Of a stretch of 64,000 nt of DNA, positions 13,059-26,035 are shown one piece after another; position 1 is the first letter of the stretch; the number at the start of each line of letters is the position of its first letter. The position numbers and the translations under genes are program-made. Under the pieces are notes generated by a model, which worked only from the letters and a program-made list of their open reading frames with translations, had not been told where the DNA came from and did no database searches. This stretch comes from Anolis carolinensis (taxonomy: Eukaryota): the NCBI RefSeq assembly GCF_035594765.1, contig NC_085843.1:211707971-211771970 (forward strand). Reading direction: 5' to 3'.

Positions 13059-13121
13059 CTAGAGCAACTCCGAAATCTGTTTGCTGCTGATTGCTAGGAG
13101 GAGGAGGACTACTATTTTGGG
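13059..13121 (-). CDS. Candidate 63-nt symmetric exon (phase 1: xQNSSPPPPSNQQQTDFGVAL)
   Basis: Minus-strand acceptor ttgctcctcctctgtcag and donor TAG|gtgagt. Length is divisible by 3 and the phase-1 frame is open. Confidence 0.3.
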   Translation of the reverse strand, partial: PKIVVLLLLAISSKQISELL

Positions 13122-13149
13122 CTGACAGAGGAGGAGCAATACAGTACTA

Positions 13150-14536
13150 CCGTGTTTCCCCGAAAATAAGACCTCCCCAAAGAATAAGACCTAGCAGGGG
13201 TTTGGGGGGATTGCCAAATATAAGGCCTCCCCTGAAAGTAAGACCTAGCAACTAAGGCTGCAGCAGAGTTCCATTGGGAAGCATGGCTGCAGGGCAGAAC
13301 CAGCACTCATACACACACCGGAGGGAGGGAGGAAGGGAGGGAGGGAAAGTGCTTGCTTTCTGTGCCTCCCTCCCTCCCTCCCTGCCTTGCCTTGCCTGTC
13401 CCCCAGCCGAGGCTTGAAAAACCTTCCGTGGCTGCTACTGCGCTGCCGTTTCTTCCTTCGGAGAGAAGGCCATGCTGGCCATGCTCCCTTGCTTCCCAGA
13501 GGCTTCTGATTGGCTCCTGGAGCCAGGGCAAGGGAGGGTGGGAGGGAGGGAAGGAAGAGGGCTTTCGTCCTGCTGCTTTTGCTCCTTAAAGGTAGAGGAT
13601 GCATTGGGATTCTCCTCTCATCTTCCTATCCTATGCCATGAAACTGATTATTTTATACTATTATTCTATTGCCATATTATTATCATCATATTCTGTTACT
13701 ATTATTATATTCCATTATTATATTATCCTATTAATATATTTTAAATCATTATATTATATTTTGCTATTATTATTATTATATCATTATATTATTATTCTAT
13801 TATATTTTCATATTATTATATTATTATTCTGTTATTATTAAATTCCATTTTATATTACCCTATTAATATATTTTATATCATTATATTCTATACTATTCTA
13901 TTATATTATCATATTATTTTATTATTATTAGCATATTCTGTTATTATTATAATATTCCATCTTAAATTATCCTATTAATATATTTTATATCATTCTATTC
14001 CATTCTATTATTCTATTATATTATTCTATTATTATATTATTATGCTATTCTGTTATTATATCCCATTATTATATTATCCTATTAATACCATATTATTATC
14101 ATTTTCTGTTATTATTATATCCTATATTATATTATCTCATTAATATATTGTATATAATTATATTATTATTATATTATCATATTATTATTATAGTATATTA
14201 TATTATTCATCATTCATGACTACATTGAAACTAGAATAGAGAGAAATCAGCGTGGAAACCTTGTGAAACCTAAATTGGAAGAGGTACCATAGATTGTTGT
14301 ACATGTAAATAATGGTAGTAACAAGAAATTCTTGATAGGATTCATAGTTTGTCTGGTTATGCTGGTTTGTGATGACAACTACTTTACAGTATATAATAAA
14401 TGTTCATTTTGTTGTTCAACAATAAATGTGAGCTCTTCTTCATGGAAAAATAAGACATCCCCTGAAAATAAGACCTAGTGCATCTTTGGGAGCAAAAATT
14501 AATATAAGACCCTGTCTTATTTTCGGGGAAACAGGG
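13150..14536. mobile_element. Tc1/mariner (pogo/Tigger-like) non-autonomous element
   Basis: TIRs CCGTGTTTCCCCGAAAATAAGAC / GTCTTATTTTCGGGGAAACAGGG, TA on both sides, and subterminal repeats of ATAAGACC. Confidence 0.9.
13650..14210. repeat. AT-rich (TAT)-based degenerate minisatellite inside the MITE
   Basis: Recurring tattatcctattaata and attctgttattattata units. Confidence 0.9.
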
Positions 14537-15361
14537 TACTTAAAACAGGGAGTGCAAAGTAAAGCTGTGGCTTTCCTATCTGAACTGTGACTGTTGGAGA
14601 CTGTTTCCCTTTAGTCAACTTTCAAACACCAATTCGCAAATGTTCAGATATTATTATATCATGCAACATTGCTTCCTCCTTGTGAATCAGTTTGGCTCAT
14701 TTCATGCCTGGTTCCCTGGATGTTCCTGTCCAATTTTATGGCCTTCTTCATCTTCCATATTCCTCTGAGCAGCCAAGATATGAAAGTTCCATCTGATCCA
14801 TGCAATAAAAAAATCTGTAGCCACCTCACATAATGTTAGGCATCTCCGATATATAGTGAGCATTGTAGTCTTCAAGAACAGTCATTTATAGATAGGTAAA
14901 TGGTCACATTTAAACTGGATTGCTTGAGGCCAAAAGGGAATGAAAGGAAATATTAATTGTAATTATATATGTAACAGTACAGCCTAAAGAACCTTGCAAG
15001 ATGGAATTGTACAAGTTTTGAACTGTGCCATTCCATTCAGTTAATTATTGCATATATGATAAGAATTTTTCACCCCAGTAACATGATCTTTATCTCATTC
15101 ATCCAATCCCATATGAATAAAGAGATAAGTGCAAGTATGTACATTGTTAGGACCAATGAAATGGGCAGTTAAGCTTCCTTCACCCAAAGCCTGGAATGTT
15201 AAGCAAGAAATGAGAATGTATTGATGCTAATGCTTTTTCATAAATCATGTGTCATTTTCATTTAATGTTACCTAATATTTATGACTTAGTCCCAAAAACA
15301 ATGCATTAGCAACACCTTCTATTTTGAGGTTAATTTTTTACCATCTGCATAATCTAAAAAG

Positions 15362-15670
15362 AAACTAAGGCCTGCGGGCTTGATGTGTCCCTCCAAGGTC
15401 ATTTATCTGGCCCTGCTCAAAACCTTAGGCTTTTGGTCACCCTAAGTCTGAAACAACTTGAAGGCACACAACAACAACAACCATAATTACTTGACTATAT
15501 TATCAGCCAAAAGCATACTTCCCATTGCAATACTGGTAAATTTATGTTGGTTAAAACTGTTCTTCATTTTAAATATATTTTTTGCACTACATATAAGATA
15601 CATGCATAGGAATTTGTGCATTTTTTTTCAAACTATAGCCTCCCCTCCCTCCACAGTCTGAGGGACCTTA
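15362..15670. mobile_element. Truncated hAT MITE related to 58420-59235
   Basis: aaactaaggcc at one end and gcataggaatttg...aaactatag...tctgagggacc at the other match the subterminal regions of the 58.4-kb element. Confidence 0.6.
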
Positions 15671-16766
15671 AACCTTTCAGTGTCACAGACTAAGCTTTAT
15701 TCTTGTCCCAAAAACTCTTTCTCCACCCCCTCCCTTACAGGCCTCTTGGCAGCTCATATAAAATCACTATTAGTGCTCTAGGAAGCCTCCTGGAGCTGGA
15801 AGCGCCAAAGATAAGCAAAGCATATATGTGCCTTGAAATTGCTTCCACCTTATTTCTGTATCTTTTAAATACCTCTTTAGTACTTCTAGTTTCAGGAGGC
15901 TTCCTGGAGTGCTAATAGAGGCTTTGTACAAGCTTGTATGATCTAAAAGTTTGGAAGGGGGCGAGGAAGAAAGAAGTTTTAAGAGAGAAAATAAGGAGAA
16001 TTTTTAAGACTGGAAAAAGGCTTAGTTTCAGGGGTTGCACACTGTTTTTCAAAACACATAGAAACAAAAATGGCCAAAAAATCTCCTTCAAATTATTTCC
16101 CCTCCTTAATGCATGGGTATAATTATGCATTCTCTGACAACATGTCATCATATTCATTACTAGTCATACATACATACTTCGTTAACATAGAATGTACAGG
16201 CATTATTTGTAACATCATATTTCAAAGCTCTGCCCTTCATATGCCAGCCCATTTGTCTTAGCTTCATTCCTCTGCATTAGGGAGCTTGCCAAGAGCATGG
16301 TCAGGTGGGTAGGTCGAGTTACCTGGGACGTTCCTGCTCAATCAGTTCTTTCCTTCCGGATTACACAGGAAGTACTCCAGTGATTACATTCCTGTGTTGT
16401 TTATTGGTTTGTTTCCTTTATGGAACTGCCTTCCATGCATGAAGAGACAAAACAATTGCTTTCAGGAAAGAAAAGCCATCATGATTTTCAAAATGATTTA
16501 GCTTTTTCAAAGGGGATAAATCATTATGAACTATTGAAGCAGGACTTTTTATCATTCTGGCAAATCCAGTATGAATGGAATATGGGGCAGAAGTTTTAAA
16601 TGCCCAGATGGTTGGAGAAGCTCAACATGCAGACTGTCATTGTTCAGTTACATCCTTACACTTCAGACAGACTTAGAAACATATTTAAAAGTTTAGATGA
16701 AAGATCTTATGACCTTAAATCTGTTCATTTTTGCCTTTTGCCGTGGAATTGAGCACTGCTTCTTTT

Positions 16767-16799
16767 TTACGGGCCATACACATACACAGACACATCCTC
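16767..16799 (-). CDS. Candidate terminal exon start (phase 0: EDVSVYVYGP*)
   Basis: Minus-strand pyrimidine-rich upstream sequence ending aaccaaatag|GAG, retained CpGs, and AATAAA at 16400-16405 (minus). Frame uncertain. Confidence 0.2.
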   Translation of the reverse strand, partial: EDVSVYVYGP

Positions 16800-17519
16800 C
16801 TATTTGGTTTACGAATGGAACAGAAGAGCATGAGTTGCAAAAAGCAAAATAAGAACATATAAACAGTTCTTATTATAAAAAGCAGAGAGCAAAGCAAATT
16901 GATTAAACTAATGTGGCACAGGATTCCTTCTACTTCTAACTTTTTATACTGAAATAGATAACACAGCTTTTTGTTGTAGTGAGATCAAAGTAGCCATTCA
17001 TGTATTATGTCATAATATATGTGCAAGCAATATCTACTAAAACTGAAAAGTATTTTATTTAAAACAGCTAAAAAGAGCACATCATTGACCTGTGAAGCTT
17101 CATTGACTCACGCTTTCATTGACTCAAAGAGATTAACAGGATTCAGAACAAGGATTAGTAATTAATGAGAACATCCACACTTATATTAGATGGGATTATT
17201 ACTACTATTCGAGAACCTTCCTTTTCTCTGCATCAAGGTTGACTAGGGCAACAGGCAAGTAGATTTGAGAGAGACAAGGAAGCATGAACTGTTCGAGATC
17301 ATTTGTGTGCCACGTTGTATGAGAAACAAAGTCATAAGAACTGTCAGCCATCATCATTTTTAGAAATTATTGGCACTCAAATTTTGGGAGATTTATTTTA
17401 GAGATGCTTGATTTGTTTTGTGCGCTGCCAAAGGCATTTGTATATTGGCTGGCTATATAAAGGTCAGCTTAGGTTTTTTTTTTTTGTCAAATGTTTCTGA
17501 GAGACAAAAACCCACAGGT

Positions 17520-18110
17520 GGTGGTGTTGCTAACTGCTCTCAAGTTGACTTTGATTTATGGAGACCCTATGAATTAAAGACCTCCCATCAACCGCTCAGC
17601 TTAGGTCTTGTAGATTCAGGATTGTGGTGGCATTTGAAATGTGGTCTTTATTTCTCACTGCCTAGTGCCTTTTGCATTTTCAAGTATTATTATCTTTTCT
17701 AGTGAGTCATGTCTTCTCATGATATGTCTAAAGTACAACAATCTTAGGTTAATGATCCTGGCTTCTAGGGAGAGTTTAGGGTTGGTTTGTTCTAGAATGC
17801 ATTTATTTGTCTTTTTAGCAGTCCACATTATCTGTATAACTCTTCAGCACTATATTTCATTGAATTGATTTGCTTCTTATCTGCTTTTTTCATTGTACAG
17901 CTTTTACAGTCATACATACAAATGGGGAAATATGATGGAATGGATAATAATAACTTTAATATTCAATCATATATTTTAGATTTCATGTTCTTTGCTAGTT
18001 CCTTCATAGCTATCATTCCAAGCCCTAGTCTTCTTTTGATTTCTTGACTGCAGTCTCCCTTCTGATTAATGACCGAGCCAAGATATGAAAAATCTTGAAA
18101 TATTCCAATG
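17520..18110 (-). mobile_element. Old RTE-clade LINE 3' fragment
   Basis: Antisense RTE motifs (cttctcatgat...aaagtac, ttcttgactgcagtctcc) resembling the BovB copies, with a diverged 3' tail. Confidence 0.7.
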
Positions 18111-18349
18111 TCTTATTCAATTATAAATGGGCAAATTCATATCAATGGTGGTGAGAGCAAGGAGGTATGTCATTGTTTGCAAGCCAGTGTGTTGCACTAA
18201 TTAGAGCACTAGACTGGAATTTTGGAGATCCAACTTCTAATCATCACTAATTCATGAATATCACTTGGGTCTGTTGCTCTCTTTGAAAGCCTGACCAGGC
18301 TTGCAATGAGATGATGAAGTAAAAAGGAGAGCAACATGTACTGCCTACA

Positions 18350-18578
18350 CAGAGCCGGCCCTAGGTATTTTTCAAGTGTAGGTGAACAGAATTTTGGCGC
18401 TGAAAAATAAAAGCGTTGGATAAGCGAAAATGTTGTATAATAAGGAGGGATTAACAAATTAAGCACCAAAACATCATGTTTTACAACAAATCAACAGAAA
18501 AGGCAGTCTCGACTGCAACCCCGTGTGTTTTGCGCCCTAAGCGACCACTTAATTTGCCTCATTGTTGGACTGGCTCTG
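18350..18578. mobile_element. hAT MITE carrying a captured Tc1-type MITE fragment
   Basis: TIRs CAGAGCCGGCCC / GGACTGGCTCTG; perfect 8-bp TSD TGCCTACA (18342-18349, 18579-18586). Confidence 0.88.
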
Positions 18579-18999
18579 TGCCTACAGTTTAGCAGAGAAA
18601 AGGGGAAATATAAATTCTTCTAAAAAAGGAAATATTTGAGGCAAGAATGATTGTTTTGGGTGGTTGTTTTAGACAGCAACAAGCATCTGCAGACAGGTTG
18701 AGAGTTACTTTTAAGCCTGTTCAAGTCCTTGTGACCCACAATTTACAAATATTATTACATTTATTAGTATAGTTCATTCAATTTCACTGAGGTTTAAATA
18801 ATATGTATTTTATGGAAACATGTTTTAATATATGTATTCTATGGGGTGTCTTTAAATGATTATGCATTTTGATGTTGTAACCCACCTCAAGCTGTATGGA
18901 GAGGTGGTTAAGAAACGAAATAATTATAATAATTATAATAATTATTAAATTTAATCATATTATATTGCAGTAATTACACATTCATTATAAACTGAAGTA

Positions 19000-19341
19000 C
19001 AGTGTTCCCTCACTACTACACGGTTCACTTTTCGCGGATTCGCTGTTTTGTGGTTTTTCAATAAACTCTAAAAGACTATTATAAATCATAAAAAATTACA
19101 ATTTACAGCCTAAGGAAGGGAGGAAGGAGAAGCCAAAGGGAGAGAAAAGGAGCCCAAGGGGCAATGGGGGGGAGAAGGAGGTGATTTATCAACACACAAT
19201 TGGTTGATAAAAACTTAAAATAGCATATAACCACTAAAATAATGTATAAATATTAAAATAAATATAGTCCCTACTTTGCGGATTTTCACTTATTGCGGGT
19301 GGTCCTGGAACCTAATCCCAACAATAAGTGAGGGAACATTG
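19000..19341. mobile_element. Tc1/mariner (Tigger-like) MITE
   Basis: TIRs CAGTGTTCCCTCACT / AGTGAGGGAACATTG with TA flanks. Confidence 0.88.
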
Positions 19342-19387
19342 TAGCAGTGTCTGAATACTACCGTATTCATCACCACTATTAATTTCG

Positions 19388-19731
19388 TTATAGAATCTCG
19401 CTTATCCAATCTTTGCTTATCCAACATTCTGTATTATCCAATGCAGTCTGCCTTTTAGTAGTCAATGTTTTTGTTGTAAATGTTTTCAATACATTGCGAT
19501 GTTTGGGTGCTAAATTCATAAATACGGTTATTACTACATAACGTTACCGTGTATTGAACGGTGTTTTCTGTTGATTTGTTGCAAAACATGATGTTTTGGT
19601 GCTTAATTTGTAAAATCATAATGTAATTTGATGTTTAATAGGCTTTACCTTTATCCCTCCTTATTATCCAACATTTTCGCTTATCCAACATTCTGCCGGC
19701 CCGTTTATGTTGGATATATGGGACTCTACTG
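19388..19731. mobile_element. Tc1/mariner MITE (CAGTAGAGTCTC family), left end degraded
   Basis: tagaatctcgcttatccaa ... ggactctactgTA. Homologous to 46840-47162 and 49085-49940. Confidence 0.85.
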
Positions 19732-19899
19732 TATCTACTTTTGCAAAAAGTGTCAGCTTACAAAAATTAAAACAAATACTAATAAAAGCAGCTACATGAC
19801 ATAAGTAAACACATGCAAAAGGTTACTGATGAAATGCAACTGAACTATCCATAAAATTATTTTTTTAATCCATTAAAAGATGTAAAATAAAGTAAAATG

Positions 19900-20310
19900 G
19901 CATACTTTTAATCGCCCATGCAGTTGATTCCTATAAACATGTCTGAGCAGGAAGTTTTTTGCTTGCTGGTGGAAGGGAGGGATTTTCAAAGCCTGAGAGC
20001 ATCCACTGGAAGGCCCTCTCTCATGTTCCTGGTGGGATCAAGCAAAGGGCCTCCCCAAAGATCTAATAATCTACACAGGCAAATATAGAAAGATATATTT
20101 TTTCAGATTCTCTGGAGTGATACTGTGTAGGTGTTTATAGGTTATAACTAGCACTTTGAATTGTGCCTGGAAATGGACTGGTAACCTGTGGAACTGTTTA
20201 ATATGGTGAGTCATAACCTGCTCCACTTAATAACGTGGTTGCAGTTTTGGGGCTAACTTTTCAAAGATAGCCCTAGAGCATTTCGGTTTCAGATATAACT
20301 AAGGAATGCC
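19900..20310 (-). mobile_element. Old L2 fragment
   Basis: aaggccctctctc and ctttgaattgtgcctggaaatggactggtaacc are antisense to the L2 C-terminal region (HWLP..FR.QFK). Confidence 0.55.
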
Positions 20311-20445
20311 TCATCATTAATTTCTGTTCCTTTGATTATTTTTTTTAAAATATATTAACTGACATAGTAAATTAAGGCAGCAAACTCAGTAGAAAGCAAT
20401 ACAATAAAAAGCTGGAACCTAAAATGTGGTTTAGAGCATTTACTA

Positions 20446-21114
20446 CAAGGTAGTCCCCAGGTTACAAACAAGATAGGTTTCATTAGTTTGTTCTTAAGAT
20501 TAATTTGTATGTAAATTGCAACAGGTGCATATTAAAAGTGTCAGTCCAACCAACTTTTTAAAATTTTGGATACTATAGAGAAAGATTAACACCTTTGTGA
20601 CATTTATTTTGCCGCCTGTGCCCCTGTTCAGAAGATTTCACCTCACTTTCTGTCCCTGTGACTATTGGATTTTGAAAATTTTGGGTTGTCATGGAAACAA
20701 AGATTGGTGATAAAGCTTCAGTGGAAACACCCCTTTCGCAGTACAGCTCTTACAGGAGTCATTTTCCCTTCTTAGGTGTAAATTTCCTCATATTTCCTGT
20801 TGTCTCAGAGGTAGGAAGTCAGATAAAATATTTCTAATGAGGATACAGACAGCAGTGAAAATCATACAATGGCTCTAACCCCACACCATACTAACCAAAA
20901 CTTTTAAAAAATTGCATGGAGTTGTACTTTTGGACAGATGTTTGTTTAAACATTTTACTTGTATTTATTTTTACCTGTGGTTGTAAATGTTTAAACATTT
21001 TGAAATACTGCTGGCTGACATGCTTGTTCTCCAGCTCACCTTGTGCTGCCACCTCTCACGTTTGTAACTAGAAACTGTACGTAAGTCGGATGTTTGTAAC
21101 TCGGGAGCTGCCTG
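20446..21114. mobile_element. Tigger-like MITE (CAG(G/A)CAGTCCCC family)
   Basis: Termini caaggtagtccccaggttacaaaca / tgtttgtaactcgggagctgcctg with TA flanks. Homologous to 27997-28483 and 35780-36173. Confidence 0.82.
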
Positions 21115-24100
21115 TACTACAAATATTACTAATATAAGCAGACCACTTGGATCATGGCATACAAGAGGGCCTTACTACTTTAAAATATTCATATAGAATA
21201 TGCGCACATTGTGGAAGAACAGTGTAGAATACAATAAGTTTAAAGCACTAGATGTAATACTACTTCTTACGTGAAATGAAATACATGGATTTCTTGAAAT
21301 GAATGGGTCATGTTAACCTATTACTTATACAATTATAGATAATTTAAATAGATCTGGTTGGGACTAATAGTGGATTTGGTCCAATATGTACTGTTAGAAA
21401 TGAAGGCAATGAATGACTTCTTTTATTGATTATACTTCAACTGTTTTACATTTTATTTAAATTCAGTCACATACTCCTCTTGACTATTGGTGAGAGGAGG
21501 CATTTTAAAAAATAACACTGCATTTGTTTGATAGCTAATGTGCTCTGATAGAAATGTCAATGGATGCAAGTATGGTTAATGAAAGCATAGTGGTTTAACT
21601 TCTGGTGGAAACAATTCATACAGGATCTAATGAACAGGATATTAAAAATTGCTTTGCAACCCATTTAATTATTAATGATGGAATTTCTGAAGTAAGAAGA
21701 TGTGGATAGTTTGCCTAAAATTGTGATTAACAGAAAAATCAAACATTGAAATAATACTGTTACCTAGTATATTACATTAAATTTGAAGAGCCATGCTGCC
21801 TTTCAAGATGGAGTATAAATATTAAATGGTTTCAGTTAGCAGATGGCGTATGTACTTGTAGACTTTAAATTACTCTCTGAGAAAAAAAATCCAGTCTCTG
21901 AGTCAGGTATGAAAATGACCTGCACCTTTCGAAAATGGTTTAGCGACGCACAGAGTTTGCTTTAGGACTTGCTCATATTCATATTCTCCTGATCAGTCCT
22001 GACATTTTGCCTACCATGCCCCTATCATCTTTTAAAATATTAGCTTCTTGCTTCTTTCCTTAAAGGTTGGGACGTTAGCCTACAGCAGAAAGAAAGATGT
22101 AACAATGGCATAAACTCGTCAGATCAATTTTTTAGCTCCAGGGTAACCTTCTCTACATTGACCCTGGCATGGACAAGAACTGTGCATACCTGCCATGAAA
22201 AACTTTTGAATTGCAGATAATTCTGCATACGTGTAGTTCATGCTGGCTGTTTGCTGTCCTGGGCAGACACTGCTCAATGACATGTGCACACACATGCCCT
22301 GTAACTGTTCATTTAAAATTACCATCAGTAGTGGTAGATTATGTGCTTCTTCAGGGAAGCTCGTGTGAGATTACTATTAGATTCAGTGAATAACCTTTTG
22401 AACATAATATGAGGCACTGAGCTAAAACAGTTCAAGGCGTTGAGCCTAGCTTAGCACATAGCCTGTGTACTGTGCTATACCTTTTTAATTAAAAGCAATT
22501 AAACTGATCTAGATGATTTCTTTTCAAAGGTGTTCTGCCACTTAATTAGCTTGCCAGCAGTATGTTCTTAAAGTTGAACGATTTATGTGTTTTTCTTCAT
22601 TTTACGATCATGCTTGATGTTGTTCTCTGTGTTATTGCCTGCATCTTTCTGAGCATTATGGTTCGAAACAAAGCTTGCTTTTATCAAGCAGATCAGTAAA
22701 ATAATAGGCTCATTTATTTTCACAGAAGAGAACAAAGTCACAAGAAAGTTTCTTGTTGTCAGTTTTTTCCCCTCTGCTCCACCACTCCTACTTCGCATGC
22801 ATTTATTAATATTACACTCAGTTTAAAAGTAACAAAAAGGCTATATTTAGGCAGCACGTCACAAGAATAAGTTAAATATATTATTATTATTATTACTATT
22901 TTTATTGGGATTGTTAGTCCTTTATCAAGAATTGCAGAGTAAAATAAGTAAACAAACAAACACTCCACCAAATCTTCAGGTTACTTGCAGATTCTATAAC
23001 TATGAAGAAATTGACTCTTTTTCTGATAACCCAAACAGACACTGCAATGTTGGATGGGAAAAAGGACACAGTTTTATTTTTTATAGCTGTGAAGGCTTGA
23101 CCCTAAATTAATCCAATGACCCAATCCTGCCTGCTGGGAACTAGCCGGGGCAGCAGGCATAGGATTCTATGTGGGTAAACCCACAAAGTAGATCCTAAGC
23201 CATCTGCATCCTGTGCCAAAATTGTGGGAGACATCAATGAAATACTCAACCTAGCCCACCAGCAATTCAGATAAATGTCAGAATGTATGCCAATGAAAGT
23301 TAAAGGAGTGGGTGGAAATAAATTGAAAGCTCAAGGACTAGTGGAATGGTTGTATACTCCCTTGACAGAGTAGAGTAAAAACTTCAGGAATGTTGGAGAG
23401 AGCCTGGCGTGGCCAATCAAAATACTATTTGGTTGGCTGCACAGTTGTACTTTTCCAGAAGCTCACAAAAACTGCTGGGGCTTCTAACATGGTATTGCTG
23501 TGGCCAGAAAAACATGGGGTCCTGCTCACTGCTGTATCTGTGAACTGCATTGTGGCTTCTTATGTGAATTTGAGAGTGTTCTATTCATTATGGCAATTAA
23601 AGCATATATTTTTGTAATGTAAGTAGCAACTATGGGCAATGGGAATAGGAAGCTTTGAAAGAGGCGTTTTTATTGAGCTGTGGCATGGAAGGAAAAGTTA
23701 AGCTTCCATTCTTTATCATTCCCGTTTCCTATGACTATGTACATTTACAAATTTAATATTAGGTTTGTTTTGGCCCCAGGCCTTTAAATCTTCAGAGGCA
23801 GCAAGAGATAGAGATGCTATGTGGGTTTTTATTTACTGTCCTTTCCTTCCTGTTGTGGGAAAACACAAATATCCTGCTTATGCCAGATATGAAGTTAAGT
23901 TCATTAAGGCAGAGAAATGTACAGTGGACACAATCTTTGTTAGAGGAATTTAGAAGATGCATGGCTTACATAAGAAGCATGCCGAAGCACATTACAGAGG
24001 TGGCATGTTTCCAAATAAAAAAGTCAATTAAGAGGGGCTTTGTTTAATTCTCTCCTTGTTCTCTCCAAAGCTAACTGAGTTGCCTATACCTCAGAGTTAC

Positions 24101-24862
24101 ATTCCAGCTATATCTAATTGTTACAAAATTTCCTAGACATAAGTCTAATCCTTAATTAATACAAGTCCAAAGGGATTTTTTAAAGGTATAGAAGCGTAGT
24201 TGGGACTAAGGAGATATGTCATGATTCTGTGAGTTTCCAGGAGGAATTAATTAACTTTTCTCTGTCAAAACTGGGTTGGAGTGTTGGGATTTATCTGTAA
24301 CTTCCAGAATAAATCATCCTGTATTTTCTTTATACTTTAAAATGAAAAAAGTAAAACGTAAAAGAAAGAGAGTGAGAGTGCCTCTGTACTGAACCATAAA
24401 TGTTCTGTTTTCTAAAGTGCTGTCATACTGCTTTTCTCTTTCTGTCTCCTTGAAGTATAGAACAGGAGGATGGTATACGTTTATTGCACTGAAATGTAGT
24501 ATATTGCAGTAGTATTGCTATTTCATTATAGCCGGGCAGTCTCTTGCTGGGAGAGCAGCATGTACTTTATATGTAATAGTTCCCAGGTCCAGAACTTGGC
24601 AACATCTACACTTAAAAGAATCTCAAGCAGCAGGACATAGAACCTGAAATCTTAATCACAGCCAAAGTGAACAGTACACTCCTGAGTGACTTAATGGTAC
24701 AATTCCATATAAGGAAGCTTTGTGAATTTATACAGAATACTGATCACTACAGATGTGCTGTTATTCTACAGGAGCCAAGCATCCAGTTAGGCATAAAATA
24801 TAAAACCTAGCTATGAGTTAGTTTTCTATAATACAGATCTTACAAAATAGTGGCCTTTAGAG

Positions 24863-24996
24863 CAGTGGTTCTCAACCTGGGGTGCCCTGATGTTGTTGGC
24901 CTTCAACTCCCAGAAATTCTAACAGCTGGTAAACTGGCTGGGATTTCTGGGAGTTGTGGGCCAAAAATATCTGGGGACTCACAGGTTGAGAATCAG
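24863..24996. mobile_element. Short palindromic hAT MITE
   Basis: TIRs CAGTGGTTCTCAACCT / AGGTTGAGAATCAG; TSD CTTTAGAG/TTTTAGAG. Confidence 0.82.
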
Positions 24997-25254
24997 TTTT
25001 AGAGGCTTCGTTTTATATTGAAAAACCTCTCTTAGACTACATTATTAGCTTTTCACATGGACATTAAACAGATATTGAGCTCTGAATCTAGATTAGGGGT
25101 CCAGTCAGCAGCCATACCGGATTAGACTCGGATCTTTAAGGAAGACCTGGGTCTAATCTAGTACCTAATTAGTTCGCTTTTACCTGAGCATCATTTCAAC
25201 ACCCAACGTAAAAGCACGGGAGCTTGTGTTTTTTGCGAGCTGTCTGGATGCGCC

Positions 25255-25525
25255 CTAGGACTCAGAGCAATGGGTTCAAATTACAGGAAAGGAGATTCCA
25301 CCTGAACATTAGGAAGAACTTCCTAACTATGAGAGCTGTTCCAACACTGGAACTCTCTCCCCAGAGTGTGGTGGAGGCTCCTTATTTGGAGGCTTTCAAA
25401 CAAAGGCTTGATGGCCATCTTTTGGGGATGCTTTGATTGTGCTTTTCTTGCATGGCAGGAAGTTTAACTAGATGACCCATGTGATCTCTTCCACTGCTAT
25501 TATTCTATGATTCTTTGATTCTAAG
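25255..25525 (+). mobile_element. CR1 3' end
   Basis: Encodes RTQSNGFKLQERRFHLNIRKNFLT (CR1 ORF2 C-terminus) followed by an ATTCTATG-type tail. Confidence 0.88.
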
Positions 25526-25599
25526 ATTATTGCCAGCTGTTATTTTTAAATGATTCTGGCAGTATAATTTTCTTAAGCCTAGCACCGATGCCATTGTAT

Positions 25600-26035
25600 A
25601 CTATTATACACACTCTAGATCCTTATGTATAAGATTAGAAATTTTAGTCAAAATATCACCCCCCCCCCCAAATGGGTCAACTTATCTATAGGTCAATGTG
25701 ATTACTGCATGTTAACTCTTGTAAAAAAAACAAAAACCTCTTCTGTGTGTAGAGTGGCAGAAGGCAAGACCATGGTCCATCCAGAGAGACCTTAAAAGAA
25801 GCACTGACCCATTCTATTATCTTTGTTGTGGCACCACTTCTGGTCTCTTTTAATGTCTGGGTGGAGAAATGGCAGTGGTGACCAGGAATAGCTGCCCCCC
25901 TGAGGAAGGGCTGGTGCCTTCCCATCTTCACAGAATTATGGGTTTTGATATGATCTTGACCCATCTATGGATCATGTCAAAATCTGTAATTTTGGCACCA
26001 AAATTCACTTGATTTATATATATGATTTATATATG
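25600..26035. mobile_element. Degraded Tc1/mariner-type non-autonomous element
   Basis: Similarity to 11720-12070. Confidence 0.45.

Noticed and set aside
13155-13250. Spaced ATAAGACC repeats as a CRISPR-like array
   Set aside because: Subterminal repeats of a Tc1/mariner element in eukaryotic DNA; no cas genes.
15700-16070. Inverted repeat (ctctaggaagcctcctgga / tcaggaggcttcctggag)
   Set aside because: Probably an old MITE, but termini and TSD could not be defined.
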